The notes: generated by a model from the letters alone, not told the origin. 32,000 bases of DNA from Cupriavidus necator (GCF_016127575.1 NZ_CP066020.1:300001-332000), one strand, 5' to 3'; shown: positions 15,586 to 26,157, counted from the first letter of the stretch. Numbers and translations are program-made.

Positions 15586-16866
15586 ATGGCCACCCCACAT
15601 CCCGCGCGGGCGCCGATCCCGCCCGGTGCCTATACGACGCTGGCATCCAGCACTTTCGCCTTCACCATCTGCTTTGCCGTCTGGATGCTGTTCGCGGTGC
15701 TCGGCATTCCGCTCAAGAAGGAACTCGGCCTGAACGACACCGAGTTCGGGCTGCTGGCGGCAACGCCAGTCCTGAGCGGCTCGCTGATCCGCGTGCCGCT
15801 AGGCCTCTGGACCGACCGCTACGGCGGCCGCATCGTCTTCTTCGTGCTGATGCTGGCCACCGTGATCCCGATCTGGCTGATCTCGTACGCGCACAGCCTG
15901 TGGCAACTGCTGGTGCTGGGCCTGTTCGTCGGCCTGGCCGGCGGCTCATTCTCGGTGGGCACGCCGTATGTGGCGCGCTGGTTCCCGCGCTCGCGCCAGG
16001 GCCTGGCGATGGGCATCTTCGGCGCCGGCAACTCGGGCGCGGCGCTGACCAAGTTCGTCGCGCCGGCGATGATCCTGGCCGCCGGCACTTGGGAAATCGT
16101 GCCGCGCGTCTATTCGCTGGCGATGCTCGCCACCGCGCTGGTGTTCTGGGTGTTCTCGCGCAGCAACCCCGCGCACCTGGTCAAGTCCAGCACCGGCTGG
16201 CGCGAGCAGCTTTCCATGCTGCGCGACCCGCGCGTGTGGCGCTACTCGCAGTACTACTCGGTGGTGTTCGGCGGCTACGTGGGCCTGTCGCTGTGGATGA
16301 CCAAGTACTACATCGGCGAATACGGTTTCGACATCAAGACCGCCGCCTTCCTGGCCGCCTGCTTCTCGCTGCCCGGCGGCGCGCTGCGTGCCATCGGCGG
16401 CTGGATCTCCGACCGCTACGGCGCGCACCGCACCACCTGGTGGGTGATGTGGGTGAGCTGGGTCGGCTTCTTCCTGCTGAGCTATCCGCAGACGGACTTC
16501 ATCGTCCAGACCACCAGCGGTCCGCAGGGGTTCCGCATCGCGCTGACGCCCACGGTGTTCACCTTGCTGCTGTTCGTGGTCGGCATCGCCTTCGCCATCG
16601 GCAAGGCCTCGGTGTTCAAGTTCATCTCCAACGACTTCAACCACAACATCGGCGCGGTTTCCGGCGTGGTGGGCCTGGCTGGCGGGCTGGGTGGCTTTGT
16701 CCTGCCCATTCTGTTCGGCATGCTGGCCGACCTCACCGGCATCCGCAGCAGCTGCTTCATGCTGATGTACGGCACCGTGTGCGTGAGCCTGGTGTGGATG
16801 CACTACAGCCACCGCACCGAACGCCAGCGCAAGGAACAGGCAGTGGGCCTGACCCAGCCGGCCTGA
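15586..16866 (+). CDS. narK: MFS nitrate/nitrite transporter NarK1
   Basis: ORF 15580..16866. AGGAG at 15574-15578 is only 1 nt from the first ATG and 7 nt from the ATG at 15586, so I prefer 15586. NNP-family motifs include GLWTDRYGGR and GAGNSGAA, across a 12-TM MFS layout. Confidence 0.9.
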   Translation: MATPHPARAPIPPGAYTTLASSTFAFTICFAVWMLFAVLGIPLKKELGLNDTEFGLLAATPVLSGSLIRVPLGLWTDRYGGRIVFFVLMLATVIPIWLISYAHSLWQLLVLGLFVGLAGGSFSVGTPYVARWFPRSRQGLAMGIFGAGNSGAALTKFVAPAMILAAGTWEIVPRVYSLAMLATALVFWVFSRSNPAHLVKSSTGWREQLSMLRDPRVWRYSQYYSVVFGGYVGLSLWMTKYYIGEYGFDIKTAAFLAACFSLPGGALRAIGGWISDRYGAHRTTWWVMWVSWVGFFLLSYPQTDFIVQTTSGPQGFRIALTPTVFTLLLFVVGIAFAIGKASVFKFISNDFNHNIGAVSGVVGLAGGLGGFVLPILFGMLADLTGIRSSCFMLMYGTVCVSLVWMHYSHRTERQRKEQAVGLTQPA

Positions 16867-16905
16867 CGACCCTTCACATAACGCCACCAACCAACGCACA
16901 CCATC

Positions 16906-18300
16906 ATGTCTACCTCCGTACTCACCCGCTGGGAGCCCGAGAACGCGGCCTTCTGGCAAAGCAAAGGCGAACGCATCGCCTATCGCAACCTCGGGATCTC
17001 GATTCCGGCGCTGATGCTGGCTTTCGTGGTCTGGATGCTGTGGAGCGTGGTCGCGGTCAACCTCGACCGCGCCGGCTTCCAGTTCACCAAGAACCAGCTG
17101 TTCTGGCTGACCGCGCTGCCGGCGCTGTCCGGCGCCACGCTGCGCATCTTCTATTCCTTCCTGGTGCCGGTGTTCGGCGGGCGCCGCTTCACCGCGATCT
17201 CCACCGCGCTGCTGCTAATCCCGGCGCTGGGCATGGGCTTTGCGCTGCGCGACCCGTCCACCGGCTACCCGACGCTGCTGGTGCTGGCGCTGCTGTGCGG
17301 GCTGGGCGGGGCCAACTTCAGCTCATCGATGGCCAATATCAGCTTCTTCTTCCCCAAGGCGAAGAAGGGGCTGGCCACCGGGCTCAACGCGGGCATCGGC
17401 AACCTGGGGGTGTCGGTGGTGCAGTTCGTCACGCCGCTGGTAGTGTCGGTGGCCATCTTCGGCGCGCTTGGCGGCGAGCCGCAGCAATTCCCGGCCAACG
17501 AGGCCAACGGCACCACGCAGAGTCTGTGGCTGCAGAACGCCGGCTTCATCTGGGTGCCGTTCATCGTGGTATCGGCGCTGGCGGCGTGGTTCGGCATGCA
17601 CGATATCGCCGATGCCAAGGCATCGTTCGCCGAACAGGCCGTGATCTTCAAGCGCAAGCACAACTGGCTGATGTGCTGGCTGTACGTGGGCACCTTCGGT
17701 TCGTTCATCGGCTTCTCGGCCGGGCTGGCACTGCTGACCAAGTCGCAGTTCCCGGGCGTGAACCCGACCGCCTATGCCTTCCTCGGGCCGCTGGTGGGCG
17801 CGCTCACGCGCCCGGTGGGCGGCTGGATCTCGGACAAGCTCGGCGGCGCACGCGTCACGCTGTGGACCTTCGCCGGCATGATCGCCGCGGTGTTCGCGGT
17901 GCTGGCAGCGCTGCCGCATGACGGCGCCGGCGGCAACTTCATGTACTTCCTGGCGGCCTTCGTCGCGTTGTTCGCGCTGACCGGCATCGGCAACGGCTCG
18001 ACCTTCCGCATGATCCCGGTGATCTTCCTGACCGAGCGCCAGCGCGCTGCCGCCGGCAAGGGCGACGTGGCGCAGAAGCAGGCCCTGCAGGAAGCCGGCA
18101 AGGAATCCGCCGCCGTGCTGGGCTTCTCCGGTGCGATCGGCGCCTACGGCGGCTTCTTTATCCCCAAGAGCTTCGGCACCTCGCTGGAGCTGACCGGCGC
18201 CGCCGACGCCGCGCTGTATTGCTTTATCGCCTTCTACCTCAGCTGCGTGCTGGTGACGTGGTGGCACTACGCGCGCCGCAACGCGCCCATGCCTTGCTAA
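16906..18300 (+). CDS. narK: MFS nitrate/nitrite antiporter NarK2
   Basis: 464 aa. Sequence blocks are WEPENAAFWQSKGERIAYRNL, NAGIGNLGVS and GIGNGSTFRMIP. This is the NarK2-type paralogue, in tandem with NarK1. Confidence 0.92.
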   Translation: MSTSVLTRWEPENAAFWQSKGERIAYRNLGISIPALMLAFVVWMLWSVVAVNLDRAGFQFTKNQLFWLTALPALSGATLRIFYSFLVPVFGGRRFTAISTALLLIPALGMGFALRDPSTGYPTLLVLALLCGLGGANFSSSMANISFFFPKAKKGLATGLNAGIGNLGVSVVQFVTPLVVSVAIFGALGGEPQQFPANEANGTTQSLWLQNAGFIWVPFIVVSALAAWFGMHDIADAKASFAEQAVIFKRKHNWLMCWLYVGTFGSFIGFSAGLALLTKSQFPGVNPTAYAFLGPLVGALTRPVGGWISDKLGGARVTLWTFAGMIAAVFAVLAALPHDGAGGNFMYFLAAFVALFALTGIGNGSTFRMIPVIFLTERQRAAAGKGDVAQKQALQEAGKESAAVLGFSGAIGAYGGFFIPKSFGTSLELTGAADAALYCFIAFYLSCVLVTWWHYARRNAPMPC

Positions 18301-18311
18301 CAGCCGCCGGC

Positions 18312-18337
18312 CGGACTAGTTCCATCGAACTAGTCCG
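18312..18337. other. Perfect 11-bp-arm palindrome/hairpin between narK2 and narG
   Basis: CGGACTAGTTC-catc-GAACTAGTCCG. It is relatively AT-rich for this genome, starts 12 nt after the narK2 stop, and has no U-tract. Confidence 0.8.
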
Positions 18338-18487
18338 CCCTCCGTCACCTAGCCCGACCGGCGTGCGGCGCCTGTTCCACCAGCGAATTGGCGCCGCCGC
18401 CCTCCCCCCTTAAGCTGAGCGTGTCCCTGCAAACGCTCCCGCAACCGCCGGAGCCCCCGCAGCAAAGCACTCGCGGAGAACAAAGCA

Positions 18488-21400
18488 ATGAGTCATTTCC
18501 TGGATCGACTGAAGTTCATGTCGCGCGTCAAGTCCACCTATGCGGACGGCCACGGCGCGGTGGTGAACGAAGACCGCAAGTGGGAAGACGGCTACCGCAG
18601 CCGCTGGCAGCACGACAAGATCGTGCGCTCCACCCACGGCGTGAACTGCACCGGCTCCTGCTCGTGGAAGGTCTACGTGAAGAACGGCCTGATCACGTGG
18701 GAGACCCAGCAGACCGACTATCCGCGCACGCGCCCGGACCTGCCCAACCATGAACCGCGCGGCTGCCCGCGCGGCGCCTCGTACAGCTGGTACGTCTACT
18801 CCGCGCAGCGCGTCAAGTACCCGATGATCCGCGGCCGCCTGATGGAGATGTGGCGCGAGGCCCGCAAGACCATGGACCCCGTCGCCGCGTGGGAATCGGT
18901 CAGCCAGGACCCGGTCAAGGCCGCGCGCTACAAGAGCGTGCGCGGCCTGGGCGGCTTCGTGCGTGCGGACTGGAACACGGCGACCGAGATGATCGCGGCG
19001 GCCAATGCCTTCACCGTGAAGAAGTTCGGCCCGGACCGCGTGATCGGCTTCTCGCCGATCCCGGCCATGTCGATGGTGTCGTATGCCGCCGGTGCACGCT
19101 ACCTGAGCCTGCTGGGCGGCGCCTGCCTGTCGTTCTACGACTGGTACTGCGACCTGCCGCCGGCCAGCCCGCAAGTGTGGGGCGAGCAGACCGACGTGCC
19201 CGAATCTGCCGACTGGTACAACTCCACCTACCTGATGGTGTGGGGCTCCAACGTGCCGCAGACGCGCACGCCCGACGCGCACTTCTACACCGAGGTCCGC
19301 TACAAGGGCACCAAGACCGTGGCGGTCTCGTCCGACTTCGGCGAGATGGTCAAGTTCGGCGACATCTGGCTGGCGCCGAAGCAAGGCACCGACGCCGCGC
19401 TGGCGATGGCCATGGGCCACGTGGTGCTGAAGGAATTCCACGCCAGCGGCAAGTCCGCCTACTTCCGCGACTACGTGAAGCAGTACACCGACATGCCGAT
19501 GCTGGTGCTGCTGCGCAAGAACGACGACCACCAGGGCACGCTGGTGCCGGATCACTTCCTGCGCGCGTCGCACCTGGCCAATAACCTCGGCGAAGCCAAC
19601 CATCCCGAATGGAAGACCCTGCAGATTGACGACGCCACCGGCGAGATCGTCGCGCCCAACGGCTCGATCGGCTTCCGCTGGGGCGAAGGCGCCCACAACG
19701 GCGGCGAAAAGGTCGGCCGCTGGAACCTGGAAATGAAGGACGGCGGCAGCGGCCGCACGGTCGACCCGCGCCTGTCGCTGGTCAGCTATGCCGATGAAGT
19801 CGTTGAAGTCGGCTTCCCCTACTTCGGCGGCGAGCACGATGAGCTGCTGCGCCGCCGCGTGCCGGCGCGCCGGCTGACGCTGGCCGACGGCAGCACCGCG
19901 CTGGTGGCCACCGTGTACGACCTGCAAATGGCCAACTATGGCGTGGATCAGGGCCTCGGCGGCCCGAACGTGGCCGCGTCGTATGAAGACGATGTGCCCT
20001 ACACCCCCGCCTGGCAGGAAAAGCACACCTCCGTCCCGGCCCGTCTGGTGACGCAGGTAGCGCGCGAGTTCGCCGACAACGCCGACCGCACGCAGGGCAA
20101 GAGCATGGTGATCGTCGGTGCCGCACTCAACCACTGGTACCACAACGACATGATCTACCGCGGCATCATCAACCTGCTGATGATGTGCGGCTGTATCGGC
20201 AAGAGCGGCGGCGGCTGGGCCCACTATGTCGGCCAGGAAAAGCTGCGCCCGCAGTTCGGCTGGGCCCCGCTCGCCTTCGGCCTGGACTGGTCGCGCCCGC
20301 CGCGCCAGATGAACGGCACCTCGTTCTTCTACAACCACACCAGCCAGTGGCGCCACGAAAAGCTGGGCGTCGACGAGATCCTGTCGCCGACCGCCGACCG
20401 CAAGCGCTATGACGGCCTTTCGCTGCTGGACCTGAACGCGCGCTCCGAACGCATGGGCTGGCTGCCCTCGGCCCCGCAGCTGGGCGCCAATCCGCTCGAC
20501 GTGGTCGATGCCGCCGAGCGCAACGGGCAGGACCCTGTGGCCTACACGGTCGAGCAACTCAAGTCCGGCAAGCTGCAGTTCGCCTGCGACGACCCCGACA
20601 ACCCGGCCAACTTCCCACGCAATATGTTCGTGTGGCGCTCCAACATCCTGGGCAGCTCGGGCAAGGGGCATGAGTACTTCCTGAAGTACCTGCTGGGCAC
20701 GCAGAACGCCGTGTTCGGCGACGAGAACGATGCGATCACGCCGAGCGAGGTCAACGTGCGCCCGGCCGCCGAAGGCAAGCTGGACCTGCTGACGGTGCTG
20801 GACTTCCGCATGAGCACCACCTGCCTGTACGGCGACATCGTGCTGCCGACGGCGACCTGGTACGAGAAGGACGACCTCAACACGTCCGACATGCACCCGT
20901 TCATCCACCCGCTGTCCGAAGCCGTGCAGCCGCTGTGGGAAAGCAAGACCGACTGGGAGATCTACAAGGCCATCGCGAAGAAGTTCAGCGAGATTGCCGG
21001 CCCGTATCTGGGCACGCGCAAGGACCTGGTGTGCACGCCGCTGCTGCACGACACCCCGGGCGAGCTGGGCCAGCCCTTCGAACCCAAGGACTGGAAGGCC
21101 GGCGAATGCGACCTGATCCCCGGCAAGACCGCGCCGTCGATGACCGTGGTGGAGCGCAACTACGCGGACCTCTACAAGAAGTTCACCTCAATCGGCCCGC
21201 TGCTGGACAAGCTCGGCAATGGCGGCAAGGGCATCAACTGGAATACCCAGCATGAAGTGAAGGAGATCGGCCAGCTCAGCCACACCGTGCAGGAGCCGGG
21301 CGTGAGCCAGGGCCGGCCGAAGCTGGAAACCGCGATCGATGCAGCCGAGATGATCCTGACCTTCGCGCCCGAGACCAACGGCCACGTCGCCGTCAAGGCC

Positions 21401-22249
21401 TGGGAGGCGCTGTCGAAGATCACCGGGCGCAACCACACCCACCTGGCCGAGGGCCGCGAGCACGACAAGATCCGCTTCCGCGACGTGCAGGCGCAGCCGC
21501 GCAAGATCATCTCCGCGCCGACGTGGTCGGGACTGGAATCGGAAGAGGTCAGCTACAACGCCGGCTACACCAACGTGCATGAGCTGATCCCCTGGCGCAC
21601 GCTGACCGGGCGCCAGCAGTTCTGGCAGGACCACCGCTGGATGCTGGACTTCGGCGAAGGGGCGTGCGTGTACAAGCCGGCCATCGACACCAAGACGGTG
21701 GCGCCGATGCTGGGCAAGAAGCCCAACGGCAACCCGGAACTGGTGCTGAACTGGATCACGCCGCACCAGAAGTGGGGCATCCACTCCACCTACTCGGACA
21801 ACCTGCGCATGCTGACGCTGTCGCGCGGCGGCCCGCACGTGTGGATCTCGGAAACCGAGGCCAAGGCCAACGGCATCCGCGACAACGACTGGGTCGAGGT
21901 CTTCAACGTCAATGGCACGCTGACGGCCCGCGTGGTGGTGTCGCAGCGCGTGCCCAAGGGCATGTGCCTGATGTACCACGCCCAGGAAAAGATCGTGAAC
22001 GTGCCCGGCGCCGAGACCAGCGGCATGCGCGGCGGCATCCATAACTCGGTCACGCGCGCCGTGACCAAGCCCACCCACATGATCGGCGGCTACGCGCAGC
22101 TGGCCTACGGCTTCAACTACTACGGCACCGTGGGCAGCAACCGCGACGAGTTCGTGATCCTGCGCAAGATGAAGAAGGTCGACTGGCTGGAAGGGCCGCT
22201 CGTGGAAAAGACTGCGAAGTTGACTGTGAATGAAGGAGCCTCGCAATGA
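18488..22249 (+). CDS. narG: Respiratory nitrate reductase alpha subunit NarG
   Basis: 1253 aa. The N-terminus is MSHFLDRLKFM.. with the FS0 motif HGVNCTGSCSW. The Mo-bisMGD domain architecture runs throughout. Confidence 0.99.
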   Translation: MSHFLDRLKFMSRVKSTYADGHGAVVNEDRKWEDGYRSRWQHDKIVRSTHGVNCTGSCSWKVYVKNGLITWETQQTDYPRTRPDLPNHEPRGCPRGASYSWYVYSAQRVKYPMIRGRLMEMWREARKTMDPVAAWESVSQDPVKAARYKSVRGLGGFVRADWNTATEMIAAANAFTVKKFGPDRVIGFSPIPAMSMVSYAAGARYLSLLGGACLSFYDWYCDLPPASPQVWGEQTDVPESADWYNSTYLMVWGSNVPQTRTPDAHFYTEVRYKGTKTVAVSSDFGEMVKFGDIWLAPKQGTDAALAMAMGHVVLKEFHASGKSAYFRDYVKQYTDMPMLVLLRKNDDHQGTLVPDHFLRASHLANNLGEANHPEWKTLQIDDATGEIVAPNGSIGFRWGEGAHNGGEKVGRWNLEMKDGGSGRTVDPRLSLVSYADEVVEVGFPYFGGEHDELLRRRVPARRLTLADGSTALVATVYDLQMANYGVDQGLGGPNVAASYEDDVPYTPAWQEKHTSVPARLVTQVAREFADNADRTQGKSMVIVGAALNHWYHNDMIYRGIINLLMMCGCIGKSGGGWAHYVGQEKLRPQFGWAPLAFGLDWSRPPRQMNGTSFFYNHTSQWRHEKLGVDEILSPTADRKRYDGLSLLDLNARSERMGWLPSAPQLGANPLDVVDAAERNGQDPVAYTVEQLKSGKLQFACDDPDNPANFPRNMFVWRSNILGSSGKGHEYFLKYLLGTQNAVFGDENDAITPSEVNVRPAAEGKLDLLTVLDFRMSTTCLYGDIVLPTATWYEKDDLNTSDMHPFIHPLSEAVQPLWESKTDWEIYKAIAKKFSEIAGPYLGTRKDLVCTPLLHDTPGELGQPFEPKDWKAGECDLIPGKTAPSMTVVERNYADLYKKFTSIGPLLDKLGNGGKGINWNTQHEVKEIGQLSHTVQEPGVSQGRPKLETAIDAAEMILTFAPETNGHVAVKAWEALSKITGRNHTHLAEGREHDKIRFRDVQAQPRKIISAPTWSGLESEEVSYNAGYTNVHELIPWRTLTGRQQFWQDHRWMLDFGEGACVYKPAIDTKTVAPMLGKKPNGNPELVLNWITPHQKWGIHSTYSDNLRMLTLSRGGPHVWISETEAKANGIRDNDWVEVFNVNGTLTARVVVSQRVPKGMCLMYHAQEKIVNVPGAETSGMRGGIHNSVTRAVTKPTHMIGGYAQLAYGFNYYGTVGSNRDEFVILRKMKKVDWLEGPLVEKTAKLTVNEGASQ

Positions 22250-23796
22250 AGATCCGTGCCCAGGTGGCCATGGTGCTGAACCTCGACAAGTGCATCGGCT
22301 GCCATACCTGCTCCGTGACCTGCAAGAACGTCTGGACCAGCCGCGACGGCGTCGAGTACGCCTGGTTCAACAACGTCGAGACCAAGCCCGGCATCGGCTA
22401 CCCCAAGGAATGGGAGAACCAGGACAAGTGGCAGGGTGGCTGGAAGCGCAACGCCGACGGCACGCTGGAGCCGCGCCAGGGCGGCAAGCTGAAGATCCTC
22501 GCGAACCTGTTCGCCAACCCCAACCTGCCGGCGATCGACGAGTACTACGAGCCCTTCACCTACGACTACGAGCACCTGCAGAAGGCGCCGCTGGTCCAGA
22601 CCCCGCCCACCGCGCGCCCGGTGTCCGTGCTGACCGGCCGCAAGATGGAAAAGATCGAATGGGGCCCAAACTGGGAAGACGACCTCGGCGGCGAGTTCAG
22701 CTCGCGCGGCCGCGACAAGCTCTTCGACAACGTGCAGAAGGAGATGTACTCGACCTTCGAGAACACCTTCATGATGTATCTGCCGCGCCTGTGCGAGCAC
22801 TGCCTGAACCCGGCCTGCGTGGCCTCGTGCCCGTCGGGCTCGATCTACAAGCGCGAGGACGACGGCATCGTGCTGGTCGACCAGGACAAGTGCCGCGGCT
22901 GGCGCATGTGCATCTCGGGCTGCCCGTACAAGAAGATCTACTTCAACTGGCAGAGCGGCAAGGCCGAGAAATGCCTGTTCTGCTATCCGCGCATCGAGGC
23001 CGGCCAGCCCACGGTCTGCTCCGAGACCTGTGTCGGCCGCATCCGCTACCTCGGCGTGATGCTGTACGACGCGGACCGCATCGAGCAGGCCGCGTCGGTG
23101 GCCGATGAGCGCGACCTGTACCAGTCGCAGCTCGACGTTTTCCTCGATCCGCACGATCCCGCGGTGCAAGCCGAGGCGCTGCGCCAGGGCATCCCGCAAA
23201 GCTGGCTGGATGCCGCGCGCAAGTCGCCGGTCTACAAGATGGCGTGCGAGTGGAAGGTTGCCTTCCCGCTGCACCCGGAGTACCGCACGCTGCCGATGGT
23301 GTGGTACATCCCGCCGCTGTCGCCGATCCAGTCGGCGGCCGAGGCCGGCCACATGGGCCTGAACGGCGTGATCCCGGACGTGAAGAGCCTGCGCATCCCG
23401 GTCAGGTACCTGGCCAACCTGCTGACCGCGGGCGACGTGATGCCGGTGCTGTCGGCGCTGGACCGCATGCTGGCGATGCGCGCCTACAAGCGCTCGCAGG
23501 TGGTGGACGGCGTGCAGGACCTGGGCGTGCTGGAGCAGGTTGGCCTGACGCCCGCGCAGGTCGAGGACATGTACCAGACCATGGCCATCGCCAACTACGA
23601 GGACCGCTTCGTGATCCCGTCCTCGCACAAGGAGATGGTCGAGGACAGCTTCAACGACAAGGCCAGTTGCGGCTTCACCTTCGGCAACGGCTGCTCGGGC
23701 GGCACCTCGGAGGGCGCGCTGTTCGGCAAGAAGCCGCAGGGCAGCGTCCACTTTGTCGACATGCCCAAGTCGCGCAAGAAAGCCGTGATGAGCTGA
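22246..23796 (+). CDS. narH: Respiratory nitrate reductase beta subunit NarH
   Basis: 516 aa. Fe-S motifs are CIGCHTCSVTCK, CEHCLNPACVASCP, CRGWRMCISGCPY and CYPR. The ATGA overlaps with narG. Confidence 0.99.
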   Translation: MKIRAQVAMVLNLDKCIGCHTCSVTCKNVWTSRDGVEYAWFNNVETKPGIGYPKEWENQDKWQGGWKRNADGTLEPRQGGKLKILANLFANPNLPAIDEYYEPFTYDYEHLQKAPLVQTPPTARPVSVLTGRKMEKIEWGPNWEDDLGGEFSSRGRDKLFDNVQKEMYSTFENTFMMYLPRLCEHCLNPACVASCPSGSIYKREDDGIVLVDQDKCRGWRMCISGCPYKKIYFNWQSGKAEKCLFCYPRIEAGQPTVCSETCVGRIRYLGVMLYDADRIEQAASVADERDLYQSQLDVFLDPHDPAVQAEALRQGIPQSWLDAARKSPVYKMACEWKVAFPLHPEYRTLPMVWYIPPLSPIQSAAEAGHMGLNGVIPDVKSLRIPVRYLANLLTAGDVMPVLSALDRMLAMRAYKRSQVVDGVQDLGVLEQVGLTPAQVEDMYQTMAIANYEDRFVIPSSHKEMVEDSFNDKASCGFTFGNGCSGGTSEGALFGKKPQGSVHFVDMPKSRKKAVMS

Positions 23797-23833
23797 GCGC
23801 GTGCCCGCATCCACGAATCGCCCGGAGAAGACC

Positions 23834-24508
23834 ATGCCCCTCTATCCCATCCTCAGCGCCCTGTTCGGCTATCCCGAGCAGGATCTGCTGGACGCCCTGC
23901 CCGAGATCGATGCCGCGCTGGCCGAATGGCCGCAGGTGCGCGACCTGCTGGCCCCCGTGACCGACCTGCTGCGCAGCGAGTCGCTGATCGCGCTGCAGGA
24001 GAACTACGTCGCCACCTTCGACCGCAACCCGGCGCACTCGCTGCACCTGTTCGAGCACGTGCACGGCGAAAGCCGCGACCGCGGCCAGGCCATGGTCGAC
24101 CTGATCGACGAGTACCGGCGCGAAGGCTTTGAACCGGCGGCGTCCGAACTGCCCGACTACGTGCCGTTGTTCCTGGAGTTCCTCGGCGCGCTGGTGGCCG
24201 ACGGCAAGGAAGCGCGCGCCGAACAGCTGCTGGGCGAAGCGATCCACGTGCTGGCCGCCATCGGCGAGCGCCTGGCGCGCAATCAAAGCCCGTACGCCGG
24301 CGTGTTCGCGGTGCTGCGCACGCTGACCGACGTGCAGCCACAACCGCAGCAGGAGCCGCCGGTGCGCGACATGGACGAGGCGCTGGAAACCTTCGGGCCG
24401 GGGGCCGATGGCGTGGAACCGCTGCTGGCCCCGCAGGCCGGGCCGCAGGCGGTGAAGTTCTATCCGCGCGATCCGCGGGCCAAGGCGCCAGTGCCGGCTG
24501 CCTGCTGA
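23834..24508 (+). CDS. narJ: Nitrate reductase assembly chaperone NarJ
   Basis: ATG at 23834 (MPLYPILSALFGYPEQDLL) preceded by GGAGAAG. The track ORF starts at an upstream GTG (23801). NarJ-like blocks are LQENYVATFD and ELPDYVPLFLEFL. Confidence 0.92.
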   Translation: MPLYPILSALFGYPEQDLLDALPEIDAALAEWPQVRDLLAPVTDLLRSESLIALQENYVATFDRNPAHSLHLFEHVHGESRDRGQAMVDLIDEYRREGFEPAASELPDYVPLFLEFLGALVADGKEARAEQLLGEAIHVLAAIGERLARNQSPYAGVFAVLRTLTDVQPQPQQEPPVRDMDEALETFGPGADGVEPLLAPQAGPQAVKFYPRDPRAKAPVPAAC

Positions 24509-24556
24509 CAGGGCATGGCAATGCAAACCGAACACCAGACAATGGGTTAACACACC

Positions 24557-25240
24557 ATGGCAACGCTCCACCAATTCCTCTTCGGCATCTACCCGTATAT
24601 CGCTGCCGCCATCTTCCTGTTCGGCAGCCTGGCGCGCTTCGAGCGCGAGCAGTACACCTGGAAGACCGACAGCTCGCAGGTGCTGTACCGAGGCAACCTG
24701 CGCACCGGCAACATCCTGTTCCACGTGGGCATCCTGGGCCTGTTCTTCGGGCACCTGGTGGGCCTGCTGACGCCGGTGGCGGTGTGGGATGCGCTAGGCG
24801 TCTCGCACGGCTTCAAGCAGGGCGTGGCGATGGCCGCCGGCGGCGTGATGGGCACCATGTGCCTGGCCGGGCTGCTGATCCTGCTGCACCGCCGCCTGAC
24901 CAACGCCCGCGTGTCGGCCGTCACCCGCACCGGCGACAAGGTGCTGCTGCTGTGGCTGCTGGTGACGCTGCTGCTGGGCCTGTCCACCATCTTCGAATCC
25001 GCCAGCCACATGGACGGCCACATGATGGTGCAGCTGATGACCTGGGCGCAGCACATCGTCACGCTGCGCGGCGACGCCGCCAGCTATGTCGCGGATGCGC
25101 CGCTGCTGTTCAAGGCGCACCTGTTCATGGGCATCACGCTGTTCGCGATCTTCCCGTTCACGCGGCTGGTGCATGTGTGGAGCGGCTTTGCCTCGGTCGG
25201 CTACCTCGGCCGTGCCTGGCAACTGGTGCGTAGCCGCTGA
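24557..25240 (+). CDS. narI: Respiratory nitrate reductase gamma subunit NarI (dihaem b)
   Basis: 227 aa with 5 TM segments. The sequence contains FLFGIYPYIA, FHVGILGLFFGHL and FTRLVHVWS. Confidence 0.97.
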   Translation: MATLHQFLFGIYPYIAAAIFLFGSLARFEREQYTWKTDSSQVLYRGNLRTGNILFHVGILGLFFGHLVGLLTPVAVWDALGVSHGFKQGVAMAAGGVMGTMCLAGLLILLHRRLTNARVSAVTRTGDKVLLLWLLVTLLLGLSTIFESASHMDGHMMVQLMTWAQHIVTLRGDAASYVADAPLLFKAHLFMGITLFAIFPFTRLVHVWSGFASVGYLGRAWQLVRSR

Positions 25241-25267
25241 GCGCCGCAACCCCACAAGGAGAACAGC

Positions 25268-26020
25268 ATGCCTGTCACCGTCAACGGCGTGGAACTGCGC
25301 GACGCCGACATCGAACGCGAGCTGGACCACCATCACGATGCGGCCAACCCGGCGCGGCTGGCCACCATCGCGGCCATCCTGCGCCAACTGGTGCGCACTG
25401 AAGCCGACCGCATCGGCCTCGCCGCCGAAGGGCTGGACGACGACGCACTGGCGCTGGCCCTGCTGGAACGCGAGGCCGGCATCCCCGAGCCAGACGAAGC
25501 CAGCTGCCGCCGCCACTACGACAGCCGGCCCGAGCGCTTTCGCGACGGCGAATGGGTCGAGGCCGACCATATCCTGTTCCAGGTCACGCCGCGCGTGCCG
25601 CTGGACGCGCTGCGCGAGATCGCCGCGCAGACGCTGGCGCTGGTGCGCGGCGACCCCTCGACCTTTGCCGAGCATGCCCGGGCGCTGTCCAACTGCCCCA
25701 GCGGCGTCAACGGCGGCCGCCTGGGCCGCGTATTCCGCGGCGAGACCGCACCGGAGTTCGAGCGCGCGCTGTTCGGGGCGCTGCAGGACGGCGTACTGCC
25801 GCAACTGGTCGAAACCCGGTTCGGCCTGCATATCGTGCGCATCCTCGAGCGCTACCCCGGCACGCGCCTGCCCTTCGACGCGGTGCGCGGCGATATCGCC
25901 CGCGCCCTCGCAGCCGCCGCGCGCGACCGCGCCTGGAAGCAGTATGCAAGCCTGCTGATCGGCCGTGCCCGCATCGATGGCATCGAACTGGAAGGCGCGG
26001 ACAGCCCGCTGGTGCAGTAG
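25268..26020 (+). CDS. PpiC/parvulin-type peptidyl-prolyl cis-trans isomerase
   Basis: 250 aa. The rotamase core is ADHILFQV...[34 protein letters not shown]...[12 protein letters not shown]. It follows narI after 27 nt. Confidence 0.85.
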   Translation: MPVTVNGVELRDADIERELDHHHDAANPARLATIAAILRQLVRTEADRIGLAAEGLDDDALALALLEREAGIPEPDEASCRRHYDSRPERFRDGEWVEADHILFQVTPRVPLDALREIAAQTLALVRGDPSTFAEHARALSNCPSGVNGGRLGRVFRGETAPEFERALFGALQDGVLPQLVETRFGLHIVRILERYPGTRLPFDAVRGDIARALAAAARDRAWKQYASLLIGRARIDGIELEGADSPLVQ

Positions 26021-26157
26021 TGCCGGCGATTAGGCCGTACAGGAGCCCGACCTGCATCAGGGCACTCTGCCCTTGCAAGCGCCCGCCCGCTCAAAACTCG
26101 CGGACAGCACCCTGCGGCCGGGCTGTGCGCTCACGTCCCACACACAGAGTAAGCGTC

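Noticed and set aside
15465-17921. 818-aa plus-strand ORF running across narK1 and narK2 out of frame
   Set aside because: The translation is Arg/Gly/Pro-rich with no TM pattern. The two MFS transporters in the other frames are unambiguous.
18410-23835. 879-aa and 571-aa minus-strand ORFs antisense to narG and narH, plus several shorter ones
   Set aside because: These are antisense shadow frames of highly conserved genes. Their composition is dominated by Ala/Arg/Gly/Val/His, and no domain is recognisable.
25552-26157. 202-codon N-terminal extension of the mobB ORF
   Set aside because: It overlaps the PPIase gene out of frame and is Arg/Pro/Ala-rich. MobB homology, including the Walker A motif, begins right at the internal ATG at 26158.
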